A DNA stretch of 64,000 nucleotides, taken from positions 2,470 to 66,469 of the forward strand of contig CAZJDL010000002.1 in NCBI GenBank assembly GCA_964544755.1. Reading direction: 5' to 3'. Position 1 is the stretch's first letter. Every line of letters starts with the position of its first letter. This document shows positions 34,177 through 44,677 of this stretch, one piece after another. A program made the translations under genes and the position numbers. The notes beneath the pieces were generated by a model that worked only from the letters and a program-made list of their open reading frames with translations, was not told where the DNA came from and did no database searches. Origin of the DNA: an uncultured Pseudomonadales bacterium (GTDB taxonomy: Bacteria; Pseudomonadota; Gammaproteobacteria; Pseudomonadales; JAUIET01).

Positions 34177-36876
34177 ATGTTGGCTCCAGCACGGGTGCAA
34201 GAACCCATTGATGCAGCACAACTCGACACGCTCAACGCTGCGCCCGACGCCAATGCCTACAAAGACATTCTGGCCCACGCCCAGCACCAGTTCGATGCCG
34301 CGTTCCTCGCCAACGAAGATATCCGCCAGCTGATTAACCGCCGCGCCGCGTTGGTCGACACTGTTCTACGCGCTGCCTGGTCGCACTTCGCGCCAGCCAA
34401 GCAAAGCTTTGCCTGCCTGGTGGCCGTCGGTGGCTACGGTCGCGGCGAACTGCACCCGCATTCTGATATCGACCTGTTGATCCTGTTACGGCGCACGCGC
34501 GACGCGCCGCCCAAACTGAACATTACCGGTTTCGTCACGTTTTTGTGGGATATCGGCTTAAAGATTGGCCACAGCGTACGCTCGATTCGACAGTGCCGGG
34601 AAAAAGCGCGCGCAGAGATCAGCGTTGCAACCAACCTGATGGAAGCGCGCCTGATTGCCGGCCCACAACACGTTTTCCACTCCATGTGCGCGCAAATCGG
34701 CCCGGATAAAATCTGGCCTGACCAGGCGTTCTTCAAAGCCAAGTGGGATGAGCAAAAAAACCGCCACGACAAATACGCCGACAGCGAGTACAACCTCGAA
34801 CCCAATGTAAAGAGTTCGCCCGGGGGGTTGCGCGACATTCAAACCATTGGCTGGGTCACAAAGCGCCATTTCTACGCCAGCGATATTAACGCGCTGGTCG
34901 AGCGGGGTTTTGTCCATCGCGAAGAGTTTGAACAGTTGCGCGCAGGCGAGAGCTTTTTATGGAAAGTACGTTATGGGCTGCATATGCTCAGCCAACGCTG
35001 CGAAGACCGTCTTTTATTCGACTACCAACGCCAGTTGGCGCCCATATTTGGTTTTGAAGATGACACGCGAGGCTTGGCGGTCGAACAGTTTATGCAAGTG
35101 TATTATCGCTGGGCAATGCAGTTGAGTTTGTTAAATGAAATTCTCATGCAGCATTTTGACGATGCAATTCTGCAAGCCTGCAAACCGGAAACCGTGCTCA
35201 ACATCAACACGCGGTTTCGAGTACGCAACGGTTATATCGAAGCGGCCAACGCCAAGGTATTTGAAAAAAAGCCCTCGGCATTGCTGGAAATTTTCGCCAT
35301 CCTCGGGCGGCGCGAAGCGATCAGCGGCGTACGCGCTTCCACTATCCGCCTAATCCGCCAGAACGTGCATTTGATCGATGACAAATTTCGCACCGCGGCG
35401 CGCAACAATGCGTTGTTCATGCAACTTTTGCGCTCGCAAAATAAAGTGGCGCGGCAACTGCGCCGCATGAATCGCTACGGTGTGCTGGGTGCCTACTTAC
35501 CTGAGTTTGGCCACATCGTCGGGCAAATGCAGCACGATCTGTTTCACATCTACACGGTTGACGCCCACACGCTGAAAGTGATCAAAAACATGCGCCGCTT
35601 CGGCTACCCGGAGGCCGCCGAGCGCTTTCCGGTGGCGGCCAAGGTTGTGAATCGCCTGCCGAAAATAGAACTGCTATACGTCGCCGGCTTGTATCACGAT
35701 ATTGCCAAGGGTCGAGGCGGCAACCACTCCGAATTGGGTGCAGTGGATGTGCGCCGGTTCTGCGAGCAGCACGGGTGCTCCGAAACAGATACCGATTTGG
35801 TAGTTTGGCTGGTCGAAAACCACCTGGTAATGTCGTCCGTGGCGCAACGCCAGGATATTCTCGACCCGGATGTGATTCACAGATTTGCCCACCGGGTCGG
35901 CAACCAGACGACGCTGGACTATCTGTACGCGCTGACGGTCGCGGATATTAATGCGACCAATCCCACGCTATGGAACTCGTGGCGCGCATCACTGCTGCGG
36001 CAGCTTTATTTTGCGGTCAAGCGAGCACTGCGGCGCGGTCTAGAAAATCAGGTCGATCTGCAACAAAGCGTTACGGCAACGCGACAGGCCGCCATCGCAA
36101 AACTGGCAACCAAAGGACACAATAGTGAGCAGGTGTTGGCGCTATGGGCCGACCTGGGCGACGATTATTTTCTACGCGAAAGCTCAAACGATATCGCCTG
36201 GCACGCCGAATTGATTGCCGCACAACAAGGCCGCAATACACCGTTGGTAGCGATCAAGGAATCAACCCTTGCAAAGTCTGAGGGTGCTACGCAAATCTTT
36301 GTTTATACCCGTAATCAGGGTTATATATTTGCCCTCTGCGCCGCCACACTGGAACATCTGGATTTGAATGTTCAGGACGCGCGTATTTTTGTGTCACGTA
36401 ATGACTTCACGCTGAACACTTTTTTTGTACTCGACAGAGAAGGTATGCCGATCGGTAATAATCCCGAGCGCGTGCAGCAAATTCAGCGTGTGCTGACCAA
36501 CGAATTGCAAAACAGCACACCCGTTGCAGACACAGTCCAGCGGCGCACGCGCCGGCAGTTAAAGCTGTTTGCCATACCTACCGTGGTCAATATTCATCAC
36601 GATCATGCCAGGGGTCATACTGTATTGGAAGTGTTGACCCCGGACCGGCCTGGGTTGCTGGCGCGGCTGGGGCAGATATTTTTGAGCTTCGGCGTCAAGC
36701 TGGTAAACGCCAAAATCACCACCCTCGGCGAACGGGTTGAAGACGTTTTCTTTATCACCGACGCGCATGATCAACCGATCAACGACCCGGAGAGTTGCGA
36801 ACGCATCCGCGTTGAAATCTGCAGGCAGCTTGACGCCGAGGCCAACAAGCACGACGCAGTTGCGCAAAACCGTTAG
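34177..36876 (+). CDS. glnD: bifunctional [protein-PII] uridylyltransferase / uridylyl-removing enzyme
   Basis: Nucleotidyltransferase GGYGRGELHPHSDIDL, an HD domain (LYHDIAKGRGGNHS), and two C-terminal ACT domains. The start is placed at ATG 34177, just after the map stop. Confidence 0.95.
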   Translation: MLAPARVQEPIDAAQLDTLNAAPDANAYKDILAHAQHQFDAAFLANEDIRQLINRRAALVDTVLRAAWSHFAPAKQSFACLVAVGGYGRGELHPHSDIDLLILLRRTRDAPPKLNITGFVTFLWDIGLKIGHSVRSIRQCREKARAEISVATNLMEARLIAGPQHVFHSMCAQIGPDKIWPDQAFFKAKWDEQKNRHDKYADSEYNLEPNVKSSPGGLRDIQTIGWVTKRHFYASDINALVERGFVHREEFEQLRAGESFLWKVRYGLHMLSQRCEDRLLFDYQRQLAPIFGFEDDTRGLAVEQFMQVYYRWAMQLSLLNEILMQHFDDAILQACKPETVLNINTRFRVRNGYIEAANAKVFEKKPSALLEIFAILGRREAISGVRASTIRLIRQNVHLIDDKFRTAARNNALFMQLLRSQNKVARQLRRMNRYGVLGAYLPEFGHIVGQMQHDLFHIYTVDAHTLKVIKNMRRFGYPEAAERFPVAAKVVNRLPKIELLYVAGLYHDIAKGRGGNHSELGAVDVRRFCEQHGCSETDTDLVVWLVENHLVMSSVAQRQDILDPDVIHRFAHRVGNQTTLDYLYALTVADINATNPTLWNSWRASLLRQLYFAVKRALRRGLENQVDLQQSVTATRQAAIAKLATKGHNSEQVLALWADLGDDYFLRESSNDIAWHAELIAAQQGRNTPLVAIKESTLAKSEGATQIFVYTRNQGYIFALCAATLEHLDLNVQDARIFVSRNDFTLNTFFVLDREGMPIGNNPERVQQIQRVLTNELQNSTPVADTVQRRTRRQLKLFAIPTVVNIHHDHARGHTVLEVLTPDRPGLLARLGQIFLSFGVKLVNAKITTLGERVEDVFFITDAHDQPINDPESCERIRVEICRQLDAEANKHDAVAQNR

Positions 36877-36884
36877 TTAAACCA

Positions 36885-38093
36885 ATGAACCCCGATCTTG
36901 CGAAACTGCAGCCCTACCCGTTCGAAAAGCTCGCGGCACTCAAAAATGATTGCGCCCCACCCGCAAACCTGCCGCACATCTCCCTCTCCATCGGCGAGCC
37001 GAAACATGCCGCCCCGGCTTTTGTCGCCGAACGCCTGCTGCAACACAGCGACTGCCTGGCGTGTTACCCAACCACGCGCGGTCTCGATAGCCTACGACAG
37101 GCGATACAACAATGGCTGCTGCGGCGCTTCGATCTCGGCGCTACCGAACTAAGCCATGAACAACACATCTTGCCGCTGAACGGCACGCGCGAAGGCCTGT
37201 TCGCCATCGCCCAGTGCGTAATCGATAGCAGCACAGAGGCACGTGTGTTAATGCCCAATCCGTTCTACCAGATTTACGAAGGCGCGACGCTGCTGGCGGG
37301 TGCCGAACCGTACTACATGAACTGCGTGCAGGAAAATGCCTTTCTGCCCGATCTAAATGCCGTGCCAGCAGAAGTGTGGCAAGACTGCCAGTTAATTTAC
37401 ATTTGCTCACCCGGCAACCCGGCCGGTGCAGTGACGGGAAACGATTGTCTGCAGCAGCTTATTGCCCTTGCCGATACCTGGGACTTCAGCATCGTAGCCG
37501 ACGAGTGTTATGCCGACATCTATACCTCGGGTACACCACCGGTTGGCTTGTTGCAAGCGTGCGCGGCGCTGGGCCGCAACGACTTCAAGCGCTGCCTGGT
37601 CATGCACAGCCTGTCGAAACGCTCTAACCTGCCAGGCCTGCGCTCTGGTTTCGTCGCTGGCGATGCGCAATTGATCGACGTTTTTTACCGCTATAGAACC
37701 TATCACGGCTGCGCCATGCCGCTGCAAACCCAATATGCCAGCATCGCGGCCTGGCAGGATGAACAGCATGTAGTGCTCAATCGCGCCCTGTACAAGCAAA
37801 AGTTTGATGCCGTGCTGGAAATTCTCACGCCGGTGATGGACGTACAAGCACCGGCTGCAAGTTTTTACTTATGGCCACGTACCCCCATTGATGAAGTAGA
37901 GTTTACCCGCGGCCTGTTCGCGCAAGAACACGTTACGGTGTTGCCAGGTAGTTTTTTGTCACGTAAGTCGGGTAACGTAAACCCCGGGGGAAACCGGGTG
38001 CGCATCGCCCTTGTCGCCGATCTGGAAGAGTGCTTGGAAGCAGCGCGGCGGATCAAGCGATTTGTAGAACGGCTAGGCTTTGGTACAAAGTAA
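36885..38093 (+). CDS. dapC: succinyldiaminopimelate transaminase (class I aminotransferase)
   Basis: 402 aa with MNPDLAKLQPYPFEKLAALK and the PLP Lys context SLSKRSNLPGLRSG. The glnD-dapC order matches Pseudomonas and Bordetella. Confidence 0.85.
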   Translation: MNPDLAKLQPYPFEKLAALKNDCAPPANLPHISLSIGEPKHAAPAFVAERLLQHSDCLACYPTTRGLDSLRQAIQQWLLRRFDLGATELSHEQHILPLNGTREGLFAIAQCVIDSSTEARVLMPNPFYQIYEGATLLAGAEPYYMNCVQENAFLPDLNAVPAEVWQDCQLIYICSPGNPAGAVTGNDCLQQLIALADTWDFSIVADECYADIYTSGTPPVGLLQACAALGRNDFKRCLVMHSLSKRSNLPGLRSGFVAGDAQLIDVFYRYRTYHGCAMPLQTQYASIAAWQDEQHVVLNRALYKQKFDAVLEILTPVMDVQAPAASFYLWPRTPIDEVEFTRGLFAQEHVTVLPGSFLSRKSGNVNPGGNRVRIALVADLEECLEAARRIKRFVERLGFGTK

Positions 38094-38094
38094 A

Positions 38095-38439
38095 ATGGTT
38101 TTTTTGTACGGTATTAAAAACTGCGACACGGTCAAAAAGGCGAAACGTTGGCTCGACAGTCATAACGTGAATTATCACTTTCATGATTTCCGCGTTGACG
38201 GTCTGCAGCAGCACCTGCTTGATGACTGGCTGCAGCGAGTAGAATATACTCAGCTCTTGAATCGGCGCAGTCGGACGTGGCAACAACTCGCAGCGGACGA
38301 ACGCGACAATATGCAACAGGAAAAGGCGCTGCAGCTAATGCGGCAGCATCCCACGCTGATTAAACGCCCGGTGCTGGACGAAGGTAAAGTGCTGCTGGTG
38401 GGTTTTTCCGAGAAAGACTACAACAGCCTTTTTTACTGA
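38095..38439 (+). CDS. ArsC/Spx-family reductase-like protein (YffB-like)
   Basis: MVFLYGIKNCDTVKKAKRWLDSHNV, from the ATG just after the dapC stop. Confidence 0.85.
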   Translation: MVFLYGIKNCDTVKKAKRWLDSHNVNYHFHDFRVDGLQQHLLDDWLQRVEYTQLLNRRSRTWQQLAADERDNMQQEKALQLMRQHPTLIKRPVLDEGKVLLVGFSEKDYNSLFY

Positions 38440-38464
38440 AACTAATTTTTCTAACGGTTTTAAT

Positions 38465-39505
38465 ATGAGCAAAGATCAATATTTCTGTTTCGCGGTCGGC
38501 GTTGGCTCGCAGAGCAAAGGGGGCGAATGGCTTGAAGTCTTCTACCCCATGCCGCTGCACCAACCAGGAGAAGCGCTAGTGACCGGCCTGTGCGCCGCAT
38601 TTGATCTCGACGCCGGCAACCATGCGCTGCAACTGCAAAGCGAACAGCTAGCCGGCCTGGCAACGGTGTTGCGTGATGCGGGCTATGCCGAGCAGGCCGA
38701 ACTTACAGAAAGCCTGGCAGACAGCACACAACCACTTGCCATGGTATTGTTGGCCAGTGATTCCGACCCGCAAAGCGTTCCCGAAGCTTATCTGAAACTG
38801 CATTTGATTTCGCAGCGGCTGTGCAAACCACACGGTGTTAACCTGAACGGTATATTCGGCCTGCTGCCCAACAACGCCTGGACCAATCAAGGAGCTATCG
38901 ATCTGCGCGAACTACCAACAAAACAATTGCAGGCACGCTGCAAGGGCGAGGTGATCAGCGTATTTTCAGTCGACAAGTTCCCCCGTTTAACGGATTACGT
39001 TGTACCGAAGGGGGTACGCATTGCCGACACGGCAAGAGTGAGACTCGGCGCCTACCTGGGCGCCGGCACTACTATCATGCATGAGGGTTTTGTTAATTTT
39101 AATGCCGGAACGATTGGGCCGGGCATGATCGAAGGGCGCATTTCGTCTGGCGTTGTGGTGGGAGCAGGCAGTGACCTGGGGGGCGGCTGTAGCACGATGG
39201 GCACCTTGTCCGGCGGCAACCAGGTCGTCATCTCCATTGGCGAGGAATGCCTGATTGGCGCTAACGCCGGGGTTAACATTTCGCTCGGTGACCGCTGCAC
39301 CATCGAAGCCGGTCTTTACCTGACGGCCGGCTCTGTTGTCACGGTATTGGACGACCACGGCAATAGCGTTAGCAAGTGCAAGGCACGCGACCTCTCCGGC
39401 AAGTCTGACTTGCTGTTCTTACGCAATTCGCTTAGCGGCCGCGTAGAGTGTAGAACCAATCGCTCGGCCATCGAACTAAATACAGAATTGCATGCCCACA
39501 ACTAA
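38465..39505 (+). CDS. dapD: 2,3,4,5-tetrahydropyridine-2,6-dicarboxylate N-succinyltransferase (long form)
   Basis: 346 aa with [23 protein letters not shown], as in the Pseudomonas long DapD. Hexapeptide repeats in the C-terminal half. Confidence 0.9.
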   Translation: MSKDQYFCFAVGVGSQSKGGEWLEVFYPMPLHQPGEALVTGLCAAFDLDAGNHALQLQSEQLAGLATVLRDAGYAEQAELTESLADSTQPLAMVLLASDSDPQSVPEAYLKLHLISQRLCKPHGVNLNGIFGLLPNNAWTNQGAIDLRELPTKQLQARCKGEVISVFSVDKFPRLTDYVVPKGVRIADTARVRLGAYLGAGTTIMHEGFVNFNAGTIGPGMIEGRISSGVVVGAGSDLGGGCSTMGTLSGGNQVVISIGEECLIGANAGVNISLGDRCTIEAGLYLTAGSVVTVLDDHGNSVSKCKARDLSGKSDLLFLRNSLSGRVECRTNRSAIELNTELHAHN

Positions 39506-40640
39506 CCATGCCAGTACTACGCTGGCGCTCAGCCAGGAGTTAATCTCGCGACCATCGGTAACGCCCGAGGACGCGGGCTGCCAACGAATTATTGCGCAAC
39601 GTCTTGCGGCGTACGGTTTCGTGGTCGAACACTTGCGCTATGGTGAGGTTGACAATCTGTGGGCTGTATTCGGCACCAGCGGGCCACTGCTGGTGTTCGC
39701 CGGCCACACCGATGTAGTCCCCACTGGACCGCTAGAAGACTGGCACAGCCCGCCGTTTGAACCGACCGTGCGCAATGCCGTGCTGTATGGGCGTGGCGCG
39801 GCTGACATGAAGGGCAGCATCGCCGCTATGGTAGTGGCCTGCGAAAAGTTTATCGGCGCCGAACCTGCTTTCAACGGCCGTGTCGCCTTTCTCATTACCA
39901 GCGACGAAGAAGGACCCGCGGTTAACGGCACGGTGCAAGTGGTCGACCGTCTGCAACAGCAAGGCACCTCGATTGACTGGTGTATTGTTGGCGAACCCTC
40001 GAGCGCGGAACGAGTTGGTGACGTGGTCAAGAATGGCCGTCGCGGCTCACTGAATGCACGTTTGCATGTGCATGGCACACAGGGTCATGTCGCTTACCCA
40101 CAGCTTGCCGACAACCCTATTCATCGCGTGTTGCCCGCCTTGCACGATCTAACGAGTCAGCAATGGGACGCCGGTAATGATTTTTTCCCGCCAACCAGCC
40201 TGCAAATTTCCAATATCAATGCCGGTACAGGTGCGGGTAACGTGATTCCGGGTACGCTGACATGTGATTTTAATTTTCGCTTTTCGACCGCAGTGACTGC
40301 CGCACAGCTACAACAGACGGTACAGTCTATCCTTGACCGTCATGCCATCGAATACACAATCGACTGGAACTTGAGCGGGCAGCCGTTTCTTACCGCGGAG
40401 GGCGAGTTACTGCGCGCAACCCGAGCCGCGATCCAACGCGTAACCGGCGCCAGTACGACGCTGTCAACCGACGGTGGCACCTCGGACGGCCGTTTTATTG
40501 CGCCTACCGGAACCCAGGTGGTAGAGCTAGGCCCTTGCAATGCGTCTATTCACAAAGTGAACGAGCATGTTAACTGCGCCGACCTGGATACCTTGAGCGC
40601 GATCTATGAACAGATATTGCATGAGCTTTTTGCTGTCTGA
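39492..40640 (+). CDS. dapE: succinyl-diaminopimelate desuccinylase
   Basis: 382 aa in the M20 family, with [17 protein letters not shown] and SDEEG. Confidence 0.93.
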   Translation: MPTTNHASTTLALSQELISRPSVTPEDAGCQRIIAQRLAAYGFVVEHLRYGEVDNLWAVFGTSGPLLVFAGHTDVVPTGPLEDWHSPPFEPTVRNAVLYGRGAADMKGSIAAMVVACEKFIGAEPAFNGRVAFLITSDEEGPAVNGTVQVVDRLQQQGTSIDWCIVGEPSSAERVGDVVKNGRRGSLNARLHVHGTQGHVAYPQLADNPIHRVLPALHDLTSQQWDAGNDFFPPTSLQISNINAGTGAGNVIPGTLTCDFNFRFSTAVTAAQLQQTVQSILDRHAIEYTIDWNLSGQPFLTAEGELLRATRAAIQRVTGASTTLSTDGGTSDGRFIAPTGTQVVELGPCNASIHKVNEHVNCADLDTLSAIYEQILHELFAV

Positions 40641-40657
40641 CTCGCGACCGAAGTCAC

Positions 40658-41341
40658 TTAAGCCATCTTACGCAGGGCATAAACGTCATAACGAATCTGT
40701 TTGCCCGCCAGGTAATACGTTGGTTCGACACCGTCGATAGCTTTAGCTTTACGGTGGCGCTTGACCACCACCCGGAAACGGGCGCTGTGCAGGGCAACAT
40801 CTAGCAGTTGCGCTTGATCGCGGTCGTCACCTACCAGCGCTTGCAGGCTTTGCATGGCTTTTTTCGGTAAGGCCGACTTCTTGTGCGGCGGAAACATCGG
40901 GTCCAAATAGATCATATCCGGTTGTTGTTCGCGTGCCAGCCCGGCGAGCAGCGTAATGGCGTCGCCCTGCCTAAGACGCATACGCGCCGCGATACGACCA
41001 ATAGCTGACGCCTGCCGGGCGCGCGCCAGACCATCTTCTAACAAGGCAGCGATCAGCGGTGCGCGCTCGATCAGTGTCACCCGACAGCCCGCTTGCGCGA
41101 GCAGGAAGGCGTCTACACCCATGCCGGCGGTCGCGTCGACGACGTAGCGCGGCACGTGTTTCTGCACGCCCAACGCCTTGAACAAAAGTTCTTTTTGTCC
41201 GCGTCGTCGTAATCGAAGCTTGCTAAAATCGACGCGGATATTTTGGGGGCCGTCAGCTTGACGCTGACTCAAGCTCAGGCCACTGTCGCTACGTACTAAA
41301 TGCCAATGGTTATTGTCTAACTGCTGTGCATCGTCAATCAC
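40658..41341 (-). CDS. rsmJ: 16S rRNA (guanine1516-N2)-methyltransferase RsmJ-like SAM methyltransferase
   Basis: 227 aa with VVDATAGMGVDAFLLAQAGCRVTLIERAPLIAALLEDGLARA and YLDPMFP. Confidence 0.8.
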   Translation of the reverse strand: MIDDAQQLDNNHWHLVRSDSGLSLSQRQADGPQNIRVDFSKLRLRRRGQKELLFKALGVQKHVPRYVVDATAGMGVDAFLLAQAGCRVTLIERAPLIAALLEDGLARARQASAIGRIAARMRLRQGDAITLLAGLAREQQPDMIYLDPMFPPHKKSALPKKAMQSLQALVGDDRDQAQLLDVALHSARFRVVVKRHRKAKAIDGVEPTYYLAGKQIRYDVYALRKMA

Positions 41342-41356
41342 GATCGACAGCTACGC

Positions 41357-42001
41357 TTACAGCGGCAACAGCTCCATTTCTACCCGGCGATTCGCCTGCC
41401 GCCCGCTGGAATCGGCATTGCTGGCAATCGGGTAGCGCGGTCCGTAGCCAGACGTCTGAATACGACCGGTTTTAATTCCCTGCTGCGCCAGGTAACTACC
41501 CACCGAGTCAGCCCGCTGCTCGCTTAGCGTCTGGTTCAACTGCGCGCCACCGGTGGAGTCTGTATGGCCACCGATCTTGATTGCCGTTTTTTTAAACTCG
41601 TTGAGAACCTGCGTGATGGAGTCCAGTACTGAGTAAAAGTCGGAGCGAACATCGTAACGGCCGGTATCAAAAGTGATATTGCCCGGCATGATCAACTTGA
41701 TATTGTCGCCTTCGCGCTGGACACGCACGCCGCTCCCTTCAAGTTGCGCGCGCAGCTTAGCTTCCTGACGATCCATGTAATAACCCGCGCCAGCACCTAT
41801 CGCACCGCCGGCAACGGCACCGGTCAACGCGCCTTTTTTTCGGTCTTTTTTGCTGGCGGTGGCAACTCCTATCAGGGCTCCGGTTACCGCACCGATACCT
41901 GCGCCTTTGGCAGTGTTACTGGTTTTCTTTTCACCAGTGTACGGGTCAATTGAGCAGGCCGTAACCAATACGGCGACGAGCAAGAGAGGTACTTTTTTCA
42001 T
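41357..42001 (-). CDS. OmpA-family lipoprotein (glycine-zipper plus OmpA C-terminal domain, YiaD-like)
   Basis: Lipobox MKKVPLLLVAVLVTAC, a Gly-zipper GAGIGAVTGALIG, and the OmpA-C motif GHTDSTGGAQLNQTLSEQRA...NRRVE. Confidence 0.88.
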   Translation of the reverse strand: MKKVPLLLVAVLVTACSIDPYTGEKKTSNTAKGAGIGAVTGALIGVATASKKDRKKGALTGAVAGGAIGAGAGYYMDRQEAKLRAQLEGSGVRVQREGDNIKLIMPGNITFDTGRYDVRSDFYSVLDSITQVLNEFKKTAIKIGGHTDSTGGAQLNQTLSEQRADSVGSYLAQQGIKTGRIQTSGYGPRYPIASNADSSGRQANRRVEMELLPL

Positions 42002-42148
42002 AGCTTTACCCATTGGTGGAGTGTCATAAAATAGATTGTGAACCGACTTAAGAGTTTAGCTAACCCTTGGCATGTATTCACAGCAAAAAAATTACAAAAA
42101 GTGTGGTGTCGTCGTCACGGCTTAAAGTTGGCGCACCTGCAAGGAGCA

Positions 42149-43090
42149 CTAAGCGACTTTGGCAAGCGCAAGCGCAAAGTCAGTTTCTGAGTTTGCGGCT
42201 GTGCGAATAATTTGGCGCAGCGCCTGGCGATTTTTCAATAGTGCTTTCATATACAGGTTATCACCACCAAAATGAACACCCGCATAACGATAGCGGCCAT
42301 CGAAACAGCCATCCAGTCGATCGTTGACGATTTGTTGCATAAAGCCCGGTGTCTTTTGCAGTAGTTCGTGCGCCGATGAATAGACCACAGTGGTACTACC
42401 ATCTGAATTTTGCTGGCGTGCAATGCCGCCAATTTCGAATTCATTGTATAGATTTTTGTAGCACTTCTGCAAATATTGCGCATCTGCCATTTGCGCCAAC
42501 ACATCGGCCGTGCCAACGAGCGCGCCAATCACGCTGTGCTTGTAGGCGGTAAGTGCCAGTTTATCCGGGCTCACTTCGTAACCGGTAAAATGCACCAGCG
42601 TGCCGGCCATGGAAGCAAACTTTTTCATGCCAACGGTCGGTAGATATTCGCGCATAAATCGCGCACTGCGACCAACGTGCACGCGCGTGTATTCAGCGCC
42701 ATGTTTATGCTTGCGGTCGGCCGTGCGACGAATGTAACCGGAGTCGTGAAACATGGCAACGATGACGGCCAGCAAGGCCAGGTCCGGGCCTAACTGATCC
42801 TCCTGCGAATGCGCCGCTTCGTACCCGTCTAACAGTCTTGCTGTGGCGAGAGTAACGTCGAGCACATGTTGCAAGTCGTGGTAGGCGGTCTCACAGGCGT
42901 GAAAACCCGGATATTCACCGCGGTACAAACGCGCCAAATCGCTAAATAATATCTTGAGCTTGGCAAATGAAGTAGCAGGATAACGCCGGGTCAATATGTG
43001 ATGGACAGCGCCATGAACACTTGCCGGGTCATCGATATAAACTGATTTTGTAACATCAGTCGCATTTCTTCGCAATATCGTAGTTTGCAA
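42149..43090 (-). CDS. HD-domain metal-dependent phosphohydrolase, function unknown
   Basis: 313 aa. The H...HD signature is built from YHDLQHVLDV and AMFHDSGYIRR. No signal peptide. GC looks lower than the core genes by eye. Confidence 0.75.
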   Translation of the reverse strand: MQTTILRRNATDVTKSVYIDDPASVHGAVHHILTRRYPATSFAKLKILFSDLARLYRGEYPGFHACETAYHDLQHVLDVTLATARLLDGYEAAHSQEDQLGPDLALLAVIVAMFHDSGYIRRTADRKHKHGAEYTRVHVGRSARFMREYLPTVGMKKFASMAGTLVHFTGYEVSPDKLALTAYKHSVIGALVGTADVLAQMADAQYLQKCYKNLYNEFEIGGIARQQNSDGSTTVVYSSAHELLQKTPGFMQQIVNDRLDGCFDGRYRYAGVHFGGDNLYMKALLKNRQALRQIIRTAANSETDFALALAKVA

Positions 43091-43274
43091 CTCGAGCCAT
43101 CCTCTTTACTGGTGTGCAGCTGGAAACGAGGGTTTTTCTTCGAGGTCAAGGCCCGCGAAAAATCCGCAGCGCAGCGTACCCGCTAGCACGTGAGCAGCGG
43201 TAGCTTTCGCGCACCAACAGTAGGTGCTTTAAGCGACGCAGAGAGCGGAGAAAAAGACCGTTTCCAGACCTGCG

Positions 43275-44588
43275 CTAGCTGTCTTCCGTGATGCCGGGTA
43301 CGACGCGCTTCCTTCCATAAATTGTAGACGTCGCTCGAGCTGCAGCAAGATGGTCACCCGCAGAACGTGACCGCTTTGGCAAATAGTAATCCTGTAACCC
43401 CAGAATGACGGGTTTCTTGTTTTTAATGTGAATGTTGCTACGCAAGTTGTACGCGTAGCGCGAGCGCCCATGTTTGTCGGTGATTTTAAAGCGGCGCAGC
43501 ACTTGCCCCGCTGAGACGCCGGTCTCGCCGGTCAGGTAACTGTGAATCGACACAATCTCCTCACCCGACAGCTCAACACCCTTTAACTGGGCCAGGCTTT
43601 TGCCCGCGCGCTCGACAAATTTTTGCGCATCGACTTTAATCAAATAGGCCCCTTCCCGACTGGAAGTGGGTATTTCGACAGTAAAGTCGCCAACAAAAAT
43701 TTGCCCGGGCTGCGCCATGTCCAGCATGCGCGCCAGTTCAATCGTCACTTCGCCAACAATGTAACTGTACATGGTTGGGTTCAAGCCCTCGGCCTGAAAA
43801 AATTCGTAGTGACTGCCAGCGTGAAAACCCGTCCGAATGATGGGTACCGTGTTGCCACGCGACCTGCGTTTTGCTATCGCGTTGTCGGCCACCACCAACA
43901 GCATGAATTGATACAACTGCATGCTGTTTTGCGCGCCCGCGTCTCGGCTCCACACGTAAAAACCGTCGCCGGTGGAACTGCGCGCGAAATTAATATCGAC
44001 GTTTTTTTTCAGCATCTTGTTATGCGCTGAATTAAGCGAGTATGACAAACTCGTGAGCTGACTGGTTTGTTCAAACGCCGTGTATAAGCCAAAATCGACA
44101 ATATCAAACAGCAGCACGGCGCGCTTTTGGACAAAACTGATGCTGTGGCGCTTGACCATATTGTCTATTTGATCGATGACGTAAGGATCGTCAGCGAGCG
44201 GAATCGGCAGCTTAACAACGGTTTTCTCCACCCTTAGCCGATTAGCAGCCGCCGTAAATTCGTTCTCTGCCATGACCCGGCGGTTGGATATCAACTTGCG
44301 GATAAAGCGGCCGTTGGCCTCGCTAAAACTGCCGGCTACATTTTCATCGTCGAGACTAGCGGAAAAATTGGCCAGGAAGTAATGCGGTACGACTAATAGC
44401 TCCACCCCGGCTGCTGTGGGTGTCCAGCACAAAATTATGTTCTGCCCCAAACCCCAGTGCTTTTTCAGCGCCTGCTCGAGGAACCGAAGATTGCCGTTCT
44501 GCGCCGTGGTTTGCGTGGCAGCGGCGGAGAATACGCTTTGTAACAGCGCCAGTTCTGTGTCGGGCGATTTATCTTTCATAAGCGTCAC
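43275..44588 (-). CDS. divergent class III nucleotidyl-cyclase-like domain protein with unknown N- and C-terminal regions
   Basis: 437 aa. Its central region aligns by eye to adenylate/guanylate cyclase catalytic blocks: VLLFDIVDFG (FxDIxGF), STGDGFYVW (GDG metal Asp), IRTGFHAGSHY (RIGxHxG), and IVGEVTIELARMLDMAQPGQIFV (GxxVNxAARl...pgqIlv). Confidence 0.55.
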   Translation of the reverse strand: MTLMKDKSPDTELALLQSVFSAAATQTTAQNGNLRFLEQALKKHWGLGQNIILCWTPTAAGVELLVVPHYFLANFSASLDDENVAGSFSEANGRFIRKLISNRRVMAENEFTAAANRLRVEKTVVKLPIPLADDPYVIDQIDNMVKRHSISFVQKRAVLLFDIVDFGLYTAFEQTSQLTSLSYSLNSAHNKMLKKNVDINFARSSTGDGFYVWSRDAGAQNSMQLYQFMLLVVADNAIAKRRSRGNTVPIIRTGFHAGSHYEFFQAEGLNPTMYSYIVGEVTIELARMLDMAQPGQIFVGDFTVEIPTSSREGAYLIKVDAQKFVERAGKSLAQLKGVELSGEEIVSIHSYLTGETGVSAGQVLRRFKITDKHGRSRYAYNLRSNIHIKNKKPVILGLQDYYLPKRSRSAGDHLAAARATSTIYGRKRVVPGITEDS

Positions 44589-44677
44589 TTCGGGAGCGTA
44601 TACAATCTAACTTCATAAACCGTTCTCAGCTAACAGAAAGATGGCGTATTAATACCGCTAAGCTCGCAATCTGCGTT

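Noticed and set aside
43275-44588. Calling the cyclase-like gene a Pycsar or CBASS cyclase.
   Set aside because: No cognate effector (cNMP-binding, TIR, TM, patatin, endonuclease) is encoded nearby. The catalytic Asn position is not conserved. Only a generic cyclase-like label can be supported.
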